Assembly: GCF_018336915.1 (NCBI RefSeq)
Contig: NZ_CP064923.1
Coordinates: 2,070,001 to 2,102,000, forward strand
Source: Acaryochloris marina S15
Lineage (GTDB): Bacteria > Cyanobacteriota > Cyanobacteriia > Thermosynechococcales > Thermosynechococcaceae
Length of the DNA stretch: 32,000 nt
Direction: 5' to 3'
Part shown: piece after piece, positions 1 to 8,760 of the stretch
Layout: each line of letters starts with the position of its first letter
How positions within the stretch are numbered: position 1 is the stretch's first letter
Notes under the pieces: model-generated
What the model saw: only the letters and a program-made list of their open reading frames with translations
Database searches by the model: none
What the model was told of the DNA's origin: nothing
Translations under genes and position numbers: made by a program

Positions 1-1843
1 CCAAGGCCTCATTCTCTCTAGGCCCTAGAGCTTGAGTGAGTTGATAAGCATCCGGCCGGGCGTAGGCCACGGTCGGATCGGTTCCTCGTTGAATCTCTCT
101 TTGCCCAACCTCATGATCAACCGTGATTTGTTCTAATCCTGATTGATGGGTCAGACGATATAGACGACTATCACCGACATGAGCAATTTGAATATGAGTA
201 TCTTGAACCAAAGCCATCACTAGGGTGGTGCCCATGCGACTATTGCCAGCCTTCTCTTCATTCAACTGAAAGAGAGCATGGTTCGCAGCATAAATGGCAT
301 CCTTCACCATTGCAGTATCGGGAAACTCAGTCTGCCAATGGGCTTGAAAATATTGAGCTAGGGTTTCTGTCGCTAAAGAACTCGCAATCTCCCCCCCAGC
401 ATGTCCTCCCATACCATCACAGAGAATGTAGAGTCCTTGGCCAGAAACTTGGTTTTGGTGGGGGTTACAAATTTGTTGGAGCCGTTGATCAATTACAAAG
501 TAATCTTCGTTGTGATGTCGATCTCGACCATCATCCGTTTGACCTGCCGCTGCCAAATGAACCAACTGATTGGGCAAAATCAGGGTTGGCACAGCACCCG
601 TTCCAGCAACGGAAGATTGATGAACCTGTGTAGGAGTCGTAGGAGGCTGGGTACTAGGTAAAAGCTGACTTAATTCATTTAAGTATTCCAGAAGCTCTGT
701 TTGAGTAACGTTCTCAGCAGATTGCAAATTGATCAACAAGGGCTGAAATTGCTCTGAGAGGGAAGCTCCCAATCCTTGCAATAAATCTAACCAGACATAC
801 CTTAAATCGTCCCAGGTCGGGGATTGGATGGAGGTACTACCCTTTTCAGGCTTACCCGGCCAGAACTGACCGGGCTCAAATAGAAGTTGCTGAAGGCAGA
901 GGATTTGTCCCTGATCGATCTTTAAGTTTTCTTTGTGGAGAACGCTAGGTAAGCATTGCCAGGGAGAACAAATCACTGCAAAATTCAAAGTTTGTTCTAG
1001 CCAGTACAGAATTTGAGTGGGACTCGTTTGACCTTCGGCAATGACTTCCTTTAAAGACGGCAAATCAGCGCGGTTCTCTAATAAAATGACTGCCTGTTGT
1101 TCTGACTGCCAAGCGTCATGGACATGGGGTAGCAGGAGAGGAAACTGTTGCCTCAGGGCTAGGTATGGTTCTAGAACGATCGGGAACGGCAAAGGCTGCG
1201 CTTCTAAAAAATCTTTAATCGTTTCTGGCTGACCCATGTCAGCAGGATTAATAGCTCCCTCTAACTGGTTCAACATAATAGCCAGGGGCGAGACCTGCAG
1301 CGGCTGCGTATCTAGAATAGTGAGCTCAAGGTTGCCATTTTCCGCAAGTTTCGGATCTTGAGGCACCATTGATGCTAAGAGCTGATATCGAGGGTTTTGA
1401 TCCAAAAAACTCTGGATAGCAGGAGACATGGATGGAATATCTGAGTCACCCCGCTGCGGTAACACTGCTGTTGAGGCACTAGGTGGATCGAGTTTCACAG
1501 CGTCTGATCGATCTGGCTGATCACCTACTAAACGCTCAATGGAGTCTAGCAGCTCTTCTGTAGAGGGTTCGTCATCCAGAAGGGCAACGGGTTCTCCAAC
1601 GGGAATCGTATCGATAGAAGAAAGTTCTATAAGGCTCGGGGATTGTTCGAGGCTAACGAGCGGTGTAATTAGAGTCCACCAAATGGTTCCGGTCAAATGA
1701 TCACATTGGGGACAGTGGGTAACTTCAAAATCTACTAAATGTCCACAACTTGCACAGTGTTTTTGAGTAAGGGAAGTGCCACATTGTTGACAGAAACGAT
1801 GATCGTCAATGTTGTGGTAATTACACTGGGGACATTTAATCAT
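1..1843 (-). CDS. PPM/PP2C-family Ser/Thr protein phosphatase with N-terminal double zinc ribbon and a central kinase-like region. Partial: the 3' end runs off the left edge, and the gene is absent from the supplied ORF track.
   Basis: Hand translation of the minus strand from ATG (1843-1841) stays open to position 2, 614 codons. The N-terminus is MIKCPQCNYHNIDDHRFCQQCGTSLTQKHCASCGHLVDFEVTHCPQCDH, with four CxxC pairs. The C-terminal part carries PPM motifs: RDRHHNEDYF, LYILCDGMGGHAGGEIAS, MGTTLVMAL, IAHVGDSRLYRL and TVDHEVGQREI. The track omits it only because no stop codon lies inside the window. Confidence 0.85.
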   Translation of the reverse strand, partial: MIKCPQCNYHNIDDHRFCQQCGTSLTQKHCASCGHLVDFEVTHCPQCDHLTGTIWWTLITPLVSLEQSPSLIELSSIDTIPVGEPVALLDDEPSTEELLDSIERLVGDQPDRSDAVKLDPPSASTAVLPQRGDSDIPSMSPAIQSFLDQNPRYQLLASMVPQDPKLAENGNLELTILDTQPLQVSPLAIMLNQLEGAINPADMGQPETIKDFLEAQPLPFPIVLEPYLALRQQFPLLLPHVHDAWQSEQQAVILLENRADLPSLKEVIAEGQTSPTQILYWLEQTLNFAVICSPWQCLPSVLHKENLKIDQGQILCLQQLLFEPGQFWPGKPEKGSTSIQSPTWDDLRYVWLDLLQGLGASLSEQFQPLLINLQSAENVTQTELLEYLNELSQLLPSTQPPTTPTQVHQSSVAGTGAVPTLILPNQLVHLAAAGQTDDGRDRHHNEDYFVIDQRLQQICNPHQNQVSGQGLYILCDGMGGHAGGEIASSLATETLAQYFQAHWQTEFPDTAMVKDAIYAANHALFQLNEEKAGNSRMGTTLVMALVQDTHIQIAHVGDSRLYRLTHQSGLEQITVDHEVGQREIQRGTDPTVAYARPDAYQLTQALGPRENEAL

Positions 1844-2073
1844 CCGAAAAAAATCAGTTTGCCTAGGGTGGCGGACAGTAACTATGGCAATGGTAACTAG
1901 TAATGAGAAGCTTGCACTCCGCTAAATTACGGAAGTTATCGTTACATTTGCTGTGACAAAATATAGCTCGTTATTAGGTGATCCCACTATACAACTCACA
2001 ATTATCCTCAACCGTAGATTGAGATTTGAAACGTTTTTTGAGTAGGCCGATGGATCAGCTTTGGCTTCATTTG

Positions 2074-2670
2074 CTAGAGATGAGGTAAGTGTGTCAGGGA
2101 TTGAAGTTGATTGATTTCTGGTGACGAAAGGTGACGCCATTGGCCCGGCTGCAGATCCTTGAGTTGCAAATGTGCGATCGCAACCCGTACCAAACGTAAG
2201 GTTGGGAAACCCACAGCCGCTGTCATTCTTCGTACCTGGCGGTTGCGGCCCTCATAGAGGGTCATCGTTATCCATGCCGTAGGGATATGCTTGCGAACCC
2301 GAATCGGTGGAGTCCGGGGAGGTAAAGAAGGTGGCTCAGTTAAGAGTGAGGCTTGAGTCGGTCGTGTTCGATAGTTGCGGATCGTGACTCCCTGCTGAAG
2401 TTTTTGTAACGCAGCTGTATCAGGAATTCTTTCCACCTGAACCCAATAGGTGCGGGGATGTCCAAACTTAGGATCACACAACTGATGTTGGAGACCACCA
2501 TGATTGGATAGCAATAATAAACCTTCGCTATCCCGATCCAATCGACCAACCGGATAAATATCGGGGATTGAAATAAATTGTTTTAAGGTTGGATGCTCAG
2601 TGTCTTGCCGATCCGTAAACTGGCTAAGGACCCCATAGGGCTTATAGAACAATATATGTTGCCAAGCCAT
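2074..2670 (-). CDS. rluE: 23S rRNA pseudouridine synthase, RluE-like (RsuA/RluE family)
   Basis: The 198-aa ORF is collinear with my recollection of E. coli RluE: [15 protein letters not shown], catalytic [55 protein letters not shown]. Confidence 0.85.
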   Translation of the reverse strand: MAWQHILFYKPYGVLSQFTDRQDTEHPTLKQFISIPDIYPVGRLDRDSEGLLLLSNHGGLQHQLCDPKFGHPRTYWVQVERIPDTAALQKLQQGVTIRNYRTRPTQASLLTEPPSLPPRTPPIRVRKHIPTAWITMTLYEGRNRQVRRMTAAVGFPTLRLVRVAIAHLQLKDLQPGQWRHLSSPEINQLQSLTHLPHL

Positions 2671-2934
2671 TTCTGTTTCCTATCCTGTTCGTCAAAGTTC
2701 AGTTCACACTGATATACATCTGGTTACCCTATGTATAGGGAACGCCATCTTTTATCTCAAAACATCTTAAGCAATGGCACAAGCTCACACTATCCCTAGG
2801 ATCCTTTAGTGAGGCTTGGTACCGGATATAACCAGATTTGGATTGAGAACACTATTTATAAAGTGTAAATGCACCTCTTAACCCTAGAAATCACTTAGGA
2901 TAGGCTGGTGATTAACGCGTCTCGAAGGCCATAG

Positions 2935-3909
2935 ATGGATCTGCTTCGCTCCCTTCCCCTTGGGCTTTACCTGGAACAACCTCGCACTTGGCTACATCGG
3001 CTTGATCCCAGAGTAAAACTGGCTTGGCTGATGATGTTCCTGCTCACGCCATTACTGGCAGATTTACCCTGGCGGTTTGCCTTAGTCTTGGGATTGATCC
3101 TACTCACCATTTCGGCGACCATTCCATGGCGAGTCTGGCGCAAGCAAATTGGCTGGTTATTGTTGTTATGTCTATTGGTTTGTAGCGTTACCACCTTAAT
3201 GCCAGATGGCCTGGCAGTGTCCTATCAACCCAGACTACCGACTCAAGAACTGACATTTACGCAAGAACCCTCTTCCCTGCCAACAGAATCTCAACCCTGG
3301 TATCAACCCCTGATTTTTTGGCAGGGTTCAGAGGAAAATCTCCCTCCCTCTCTTCCTCAACCCACACCATATCAATATGTGCTCTTTCATCATGGCCCCG
3401 TCAGAATCACTCGCCGATCCCTAGAATTAGGATTAAGGTTGGCAACTTGGCTATTTACCTTAATTTATGGAACAACCCTATATCTCCTGACAACGGCTCC
3501 AGAAGAAATAACCGTCGCCATTGAGGTTCTGTTGCAACCCTTGAAGCGGTGGCGTATTCCCATCACTGAAGTGACCCTAACCCTAACCCTAGCGCTGCGC
3601 TTTATGCCCCTGGTTCTGGAAGAAATCCAAAATTTGATTCGAGCTATTCGTACTCGTGCCATTAATTGGAAGAAATTAGGGGTACGGGGAGCCTTCCAGC
3701 TCTGGCTGATGTTGGCCGATCGCCTCATTGAGAATCTATTTTTACGGGCAGAACAAGTGGCTAGTGCCATGACCGTACGGGGCTTTACCAGTCCTAATCA
3801 CCACCAAGTCAGGTGGCATCAACTCCAAATTCGGTTGATGGATCAGTTTGCTTTAGTTTTAGTGGTCTTGGTTTGCGGCTTACGCATTTGGGTCGGAATG
3901 CTTCCCTAA
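2935..3909 (+). CDS. ecfT: ECF-transporter transmembrane (T) component, EcfT/CbiQ family, with an internal Pro/Gln-rich insertion
   Basis: The 324-aa polytopic membrane ORF has the N-terminal LDPRVKL motif typical of CbiQ/EcfT. It also has a coupling-helix region, ALRFMPLVLEEIQNLIRAIRTRAINW. No EcfA ATPase gene is adjacent. Confidence 0.7.
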   Translation: MDLLRSLPLGLYLEQPRTWLHRLDPRVKLAWLMMFLLTPLLADLPWRFALVLGLILLTISATIPWRVWRKQIGWLLLLCLLVCSVTTLMPDGLAVSYQPRLPTQELTFTQEPSSLPTESQPWYQPLIFWQGSEENLPPSLPQPTPYQYVLFHHGPVRITRRSLELGLRLATWLFTLIYGTTLYLLTTAPEEITVAIEVLLQPLKRWRIPITEVTLTLTLALRFMPLVLEEIQNLIRAIRTRAINWKKLGVRGAFQLWLMLADRLIENLFLRAEQVASAMTVRGFTSPNHHQVRWHQLQIRLMDQFALVLVVLVCGLRIWVGMLP

Positions 3910-3931
3910 ATCCATACCGTTGATATTCTAC

Positions 3932-5332
3932 ATGGACGAATTAAAGCCTTGGTATTGGCGATCTGTACCACTACTCGAACGCAGTGGTACAGATATTTTT
4001 GCAGCCTTATTTGCTGATCAAAAGATCGCGACCTTGCTCGAAAGCCCCTATCCCCATCCCCTCGGTCAGTACTCAATTTGCGCAGGCGGTCCTCGGAACG
4101 ATACCGACACGTTGCGCTTATGGACACCTGAATTGGGGCAGATATTACCGTTCTTGGAACACCAGTTACAAATTAAAAAGCCTTTATGCCCAGATGATAT
4201 CCCTGACGATTTGCCCTTTCAGGGTGGGTGGCTGGGGTGGCTGGGGTATGACCTCGCTTGGGAAATCGAGCGTTTACCGCAACTGAATCCTGATCCATTG
4301 CCATTCCCTATCGCCTTTTGGTATGAACCTGAAAACTTTGCAATTTTGGATCATCAGCATCAGATTCTCTGGTTAGCTGTAACGGATACCCACCAGCTAG
4401 ACCACCTAGAACACCAGTTAGCATCCTATGCCCCACAACAAATCGATCAACCGTTTAAGGCGACAGACTTTCAGTTTTTGACTAGCCAAGTTGAGTATGA
4501 AGCGATGGTGCGACAGGCCCTAGCCCATATTCAAGCTGGGGACATTTTCCAGGCCAATCTCTCTACTCGGTTTTCTGTCACGGCCAACGTCGATTCCTGG
4601 CAACTCTATCAACAACTGCAAACAATCAACCCATCCCCCTTTGCCAGCTACTGGCAAACTCCATGGGGAGCGGTCGTCAGTTGTTCACCAGAACGGCTTG
4701 TTCGGCTCAAAGGGTCACAAGCCGAGACCCGCCCTATTGCAGGGACTCGCGCCCGGGGAATCACCCCCGAAGAGGATCAGAAATTAGCTCAAGCTTTAAG
4801 TGAGAACTTAAAAGAGAGAGCGGAGCATACCATGCTGGTCGATCTGGAACGCAACGACCTAGGTCGAGTCTGTACCTGGGGATCGGTCACTGTCGATGAA
4901 TTCCTAGTCCTTGAATACTACAGTCACGTGATTCATCTAGTCAGCAATATTGTTGGTACCCTGCAGCCTGCCCATTCTGCGGTTGAGTTGATTCGTTCGG
5001 TCTTCCCAGGAGGAACCATCACCGGCTGCCCCAAGGTTCGTTGTATGAAAATTATTGAAACGTTAGAACCTTATCGACGGAGTTTGTTTTATGGCTCCTG
5101 CGGATATTTAGATTACCGGGGACAGCTAGATCTGAATATTTTGATCCGAACCTTACTGATTACCCCCATACATCCCCCAACACGAGCCTCACAAAGTTCT
5201 GTCCTGTCTTCTGTAATTTGGGGGCAAGTAGGAGCGGGAATTGTGGCAGATAGTGACCCCAAACAAGAATGGTTAGAATCCTTACAAAAAGCTAAAGCTC
5301 AGGTGGAAGCAATTCAAGCGATGAGTCAGTAG
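3932..5332 (+). CDS. pabB: Chorismate-binding enzyme, anthranilate synthase component I family, most likely aminodeoxychorismate synthase PabB
   Basis: Chorismate-utilising motifs are present: PIAGTRARG, ERAEHTMLVDLERNDLGRVC, FPGGTITGCPKVRCMKIIETLE, RSLFYGSCGYLDYRGQLDLNILIRT. Its roughly 466-aa length fits PabB better than TrpE. I prefer the ATG at 3932 (MDELKPWYW) to the in-frame TTG at 3920 used by the track. The PabB versus TrpE assignment is not certain. Confidence 0.75.
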   Translation: MDELKPWYWRSVPLLERSGTDIFAALFADQKIATLLESPYPHPLGQYSICAGGPRNDTDTLRLWTPELGQILPFLEHQLQIKKPLCPDDIPDDLPFQGGWLGWLGYDLAWEIERLPQLNPDPLPFPIAFWYEPENFAILDHQHQILWLAVTDTHQLDHLEHQLASYAPQQIDQPFKATDFQFLTSQVEYEAMVRQALAHIQAGDIFQANLSTRFSVTANVDSWQLYQQLQTINPSPFASYWQTPWGAVVSCSPERLVRLKGSQAETRPIAGTRARGITPEEDQKLAQALSENLKERAEHTMLVDLERNDLGRVCTWGSVTVDEFLVLEYYSHVIHLVSNIVGTLQPAHSAVELIRSVFPGGTITGCPKVRCMKIIETLEPYRRSLFYGSCGYLDYRGQLDLNILIRTLLITPIHPPTRASQSSVLSSVIWGQVGAGIVADSDPKQEWLESLQKAKAQVEAIQAMSQ

Positions 5333-5733
5333 ATCTTGCTTGATTACTTCTAATTAATGCCTTGAGAATGAGTTGTATCAGGGGTTTAGTTAAAGGGACA
5401 GTAAATATACTCAAAAAACCAGTAAAAACTTAGCGAAGGCCGTCCAGTATAATAGACGACAATTTGTTGATTGTTCAGCTTGGTGGACTTTAACTAAGAA
5501 GAGACGGTCATCCTTAAAGAAATAGTGATCTATTTAACTTCTACAAAATAACTTCAGCTATTCCTAGTCCATCAATCATCAAGATTTACCCTCAGGAAAA
5601 AATAGACATCGCCTAAAACTACCCTATCCTTTAGAAACAATGCTACCTAGACAGGGTCCACAGCATTTTTCTAGACAGTAGTTATCGTTCTATAGAATCA
5701 CTCCTATAGCTTTGGCCTCTCCTATATACGCGA

Positions 5734-6003
5734 ATGATCACTGAAACGTATCTGAATCATCCAACTTTTGGTCTACTCTACAGTCTGTGTGTGATTGATG
5801 CTAGGAGTGCGTTGTACACCACACTTTATGCCCAACGGTTATTTTTTATAGTCACCACTTCTGAAGAGCGGTTAGAATTTTCTCCCATCACTCGGCAAGA
5901 GGCCAAAGTCACCGTTGAAAGTCGTCTCAGATTTCTGAGGCGGTCTGGTACCCGCCAAGACTATGACCAACTTCAGCTTGTTCACCAACAAACCTTTCAA
6001 TAA
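5734..6003 (+). CDS. pipX: PII-interacting protein X (PipX), co-activator of NtcA
   Basis: The 89-aa ORF contains YLNHPTFGLLY and LYAQRLFF, which match the PipX sequence of Synechococcus elongatus as I recall it. The length is the same, and it sits directly upstream of a YggS/PipY gene with the known pipX-pipY-sepF-proC synteny. Confidence 0.85.
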   Translation: MITETYLNHPTFGLLYSLCVIDARSALYTTLYAQRLFFIVTTSEERLEFSPITRQEAKVTVESRLRFLRRSGTRQDYDQLQLVHQQTFQ

Positions 6004-6689
6004 TGCCTTCTTCGCAGCCATTGACTCTCAAGGATCGAGTCATCTCTATTCAGGGGGCCTTGCCGCCATCCGTTCGTTTGATTGCTGTATCCAAATATAT
6101 GCCGGCTGCTTTGATCCGAGAGGCCTATGACGCAGGTCTACGGGATTTTGGCGAAAGCCGGGTACAGGAAGCGATTCAGAAACAAGCTGAGTTGCAGGAT
6201 CTCTCAGGGCTCACTTGGCATCTCATCGGTCATCTTCAAAGCAATAAAGCCAAACTAGCTGTTCGACACTTCGATTGGATTCACTCTGTGGATAGCTTAG
6301 CTTTAGCCCAGCGCCTCAATCGGATTGTTGAATCGGTAGAACATTCACCTCAGCTATGTTTGCAAGTCAAACCCCTCTCAGATCCTGACAAATTCGGATG
6401 GATGTTTGCTGATCTCAAAACAGATCTACCCGCTTTACAAGCCTGCTCCCATCTTCGCTGGCGTGGATTAATGACGATATTACCGATGGGTTTAACGAGC
6501 CAAGAAACCTTAAATGCTTTTCACGAAACTCAAAAGCTAGCTCAAGATATTTCCCAGCCATCTCAGGAGAATTTCACCTTGAGTGACCTGTCCATGGGGA
6601 TGTCCAAGGATTATCAGTTGGCCGTTCAGGCTGGAGCAACAATGGTTCGAGTAGGACGTAGCCTTTTTGGGGATCGACCTCTGCCTTAA
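6003..6689 (+). CDS. pipY: PLP-binding protein of the YggS/COG0325 family (PipY)
   Basis: The 228-aa ORF has the YggS hallmarks: LIAVSKYMP (PLP lysine), FGESRVQEA, WHLIGHLQSNKAK, LSMGMSKDYQLAVQAGATMVRVG. Its ATG overlaps the pipX TAA in the sequence TAATG at 6001-6005. Confidence 0.9.
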   Translation: MPSSQPLTLKDRVISIQGALPPSVRLIAVSKYMPAALIREAYDAGLRDFGESRVQEAIQKQAELQDLSGLTWHLIGHLQSNKAKLAVRHFDWIHSVDSLALAQRLNRIVESVEHSPQLCLQVKPLSDPDKFGWMFADLKTDLPALQACSHLRWRGLMTILPMGLTSQETLNAFHETQKLAQDISQPSQENFTLSDLSMGMSKDYQLAVQAGATMVRVGRSLFGDRPLP

Positions 6690-6710
6690 GCTATCCCTCT
6701 AGGGGGTGAG

Positions 6711-6740
6711 GCTGATTGCTTTCAGGATGAAGCAATCAGC
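6711..6740 (+). terminator. Candidate stem-loop terminator after pipX-pipY
   Basis: A perfect 11-bp stem, GCTGATTGCTT (6711-6721) with AAGCAATCAGC (6730-6740), has an 8-nt loop and lies 22 nt after the pipY stop. No canonical U-tract follows directly; a TTTTT run lies about 18 nt downstream. Confidence 0.35.
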
Positions 6741-7190
6741 AAGAGCGTCTTCACAAGTTTTTCCTGGGCTGATCACTATTTTATGAATAGCGATAGTATC
6801 TATTGAAATAACAGTGTTGATATAAAGTCCCTGGCAGAAGATGGAAATTTTATAGGTTATGTAAAGGAAATTATTTCTTAATTTAAATTTTAGTTTCAAC
6901 AGTCGAATTACTGATTTGCAATTAGGTCTTTGATGTATAATTCAATCTAAATTTTCCATACCATGGGATTTGTCGCCAAGAGTTGATTTTTTCTATAACA
7001 ATCACTTTTGGTAATTAAGGCGACAGTGGTATTGACAAATCAAACAAATACAAGTTTGATGAGAAGATCTAATTTTAATAAAGATCTTTACGAATAAAAT
7101 TCCTTGATGACCTTAGATTGAGCAAATGTTCGGTCTTTCTGAAATCAGGTTCTTCACACCCTCAAAACCTTCATAGATGGAGCCCAACTC

Positions 7191-7787
7191 GTGAGCAGTT
7201 TATTTGGCAGATTAAAGGATTTCGTCGGCATCCCAGAATCGGATGACGATTATGATTACGTGGATGAATATGACGAAATTCAAAACGATGGGTATTCGGA
7301 TCATTCTTATTCAGCAGAGTATTCCGAAGACCCCGTTGAAGTGGGTGAAGCACTGAAAAGTCAATCTGAAAAAGAACAGGGGTCTCAAGTGAGTTCTACT
7401 ACTAGTAATGTTGTGGGTATGCCAGGTGCGGGTCGCTTATGGGGATCTACCACTGAAGTTTTGGTGATGGAGCCACGAGCGTTTGAAGAAATGCCCCAAG
7501 TGATCCAAGCTCTACGTGAGCGTAAGTCTGTGGTTCTTAATCTGACCATGATGGAACCGATTCAGGCTCAGCGAGCCGTTGATTTCGTGGCGGGTGCAAC
7601 CTATACCATTGACGGTCATCAAGAGCGTGTTGGAGATAGCATCTTCCTATTCACTCCTAATTGTGTTCAGGTCAGCACCCATCTTGGTGTTGTTCATGAA
7701 GCACCGACTACACCCCATTTTTCACGACCTGCAGCCACTGCATCTTGGAAAAATGATGTGCAGATGAATCAGGCCATTGCTCAGTAA
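7191..7787 (+). CDS. sepF: Cell division protein SepF
   Basis: The 198-aa ORF has a GTG start, an acidic low-complexity N-terminal half and a C-terminal SepF/DUF552 core: [67 protein letters not shown]. Confidence 0.9.
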   Translation: MSSLFGRLKDFVGIPESDDDYDYVDEYDEIQNDGYSDHSYSAEYSEDPVEVGEALKSQSEKEQGSQVSSTTSNVVGMPGAGRLWGSTTEVLVMEPRAFEEMPQVIQALRERKSVVLNLTMMEPIQAQRAVDFVAGATYTIDGHQERVGDSIFLFTPNCVQVSTHLGVVHEAPTTPHFSRPAATASWKNDVQMNQAIAQ

Positions 7788-7910
7788 GTGAGTCAATAGC
7801 TATCCCTGGCTATTTTAGGTTTTCGCAAAACTAAATACTGCAAGGAATCTTGACTGTGCTTTGGTAGACTGGTGCATTGTTTCTGCCATCTTCGGCTTAG
7901 GGGTTTTCTA

Positions 7911-8726
7911 GTGAGTCAGTTTTGCGATCAGCTTGGCATCATTGGCGGTGGTGTGATGGCTGAGGCTATCTTGTCACGACTGCTTTCCCAAGAAATCTGT
8001 TCGCCAGAGCAGGTTCAGGTTAGTGATGTCTCCAAAGAACGATTAGAGGATCTGATATCGGCCTATCAGATCCAAGGGTTTACAGATAACAATGCGGTTG
8101 CCTCCAACTCTCAAGTACTGCTGTTGGCGATTAAGCCCCAAATATTTGCAAAGGTAGCAGCTCCCCTCGCATCGTCTATCCCCGCTGACTGTCTGGTCCT
8201 TTCTATTTTGGCGGGGGTCACTTTAGCGGCGTTAGAGAAAGCTTTTCCTGGATCCCCTGTGATTCGAGTAATGCCAAACACCCCAGCTACTGTTGGTGCT
8301 GGCATGGCTGCGATCGCAGCTGGTAACCATGCGAATCAAACGCATCTAGATCTCGCTCATCAGTTTTTTAGCGCCGTTGGTCAGGCGGTTACTGTACCTG
8401 AATCATTAATGGATGCCGTTACGGGATTATCGGGATCGGGGCCAGCTTATGTCGCCTTGGTTCTGGAAGCCCTTACTGATGGTGGCGTTTCAGTGGGTTT
8501 GCCTCGCCCCATTGCAGCTCAATTAGCCCTGCAGACCCTGTTAGGCACTGCCAAATTAGTGGATGAAACGGGACTGCACCCAGCTCAACTCAAGGATCAG
8601 GTCACGAGTCCGGGCGGTACCACTATTGCTGGAGTGGCGGCACTAGAGCAAGCTGGACTTCGTTCAGCCTTTATCAAGGCCGTTCAGGCCGCTTACCATC
8701 GTTCCTGTGAACTTGGCCAAGGCTAG
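7911..8726 (+). CDS. proC: Pyrroline-5-carboxylate reductase
   Basis: A Rossmann motif, LGIIGGGVMAEAI, lies at the N-terminus. ProC motifs follow: RVMPNTPATVGAGM, GLSGSGPAYV, VTSPGGTTIAG. I prefer the GTG at 7911 (VSQFCDQLGIIGGG) because it puts the GxGxxG motif at the usual distance from the start. The track's upstream GTG at 7872 is the alternative. Confidence 0.9.
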   Translation: MSQFCDQLGIIGGGVMAEAILSRLLSQEICSPEQVQVSDVSKERLEDLISAYQIQGFTDNNAVASNSQVLLLAIKPQIFAKVAAPLASSIPADCLVLSILAGVTLAALEKAFPGSPVIRVMPNTPATVGAGMAAIAAGNHANQTHLDLAHQFFSAVGQAVTVPESLMDAVTGLSGSGPAYVALVLEALTDGGVSVGLPRPIAAQLALQTLLGTAKLVDETGLHPAQLKDQVTSPGGTTIAGVAALEQAGLRSAFIKAVQAAYHRSCELGQG

Positions 8727-8760
8727 GAAACTATAGCTCCACCTCGTTCAAATCTCTAAA

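Noticed and set aside
310-1232. The + strand ORFs 310-633, 401-661 and 1041-1232 from the track
   Set aside because: They lie antisense to a continuous 614-codon minus-strand frame with clear zinc-ribbon and PP2C motifs. Their products are low-complexity with no motifs, so they are shadow ORFs.
3575-3592. Telomere-like hexamer run CCCTAACCCTAACCCTAG (the complement of TTAGGG repeats)
   Set aside because: It lies inside the ecfT frame, encoding (V)TLTLTLAL of a transmembrane or coupling segment, and has only three units. It is a coincidental codon repeat.
6699-6899. A 66-aa minus-strand ORF in the pipY-sepF spacer
   Set aside because: Its AT-rich, low-complexity product (KLKFKLRNNFLYITYKISIF...) has no RBS or motif, and it overlaps the candidate pipY terminator hairpin. 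It is probably open by chance in AT-rich DNA.
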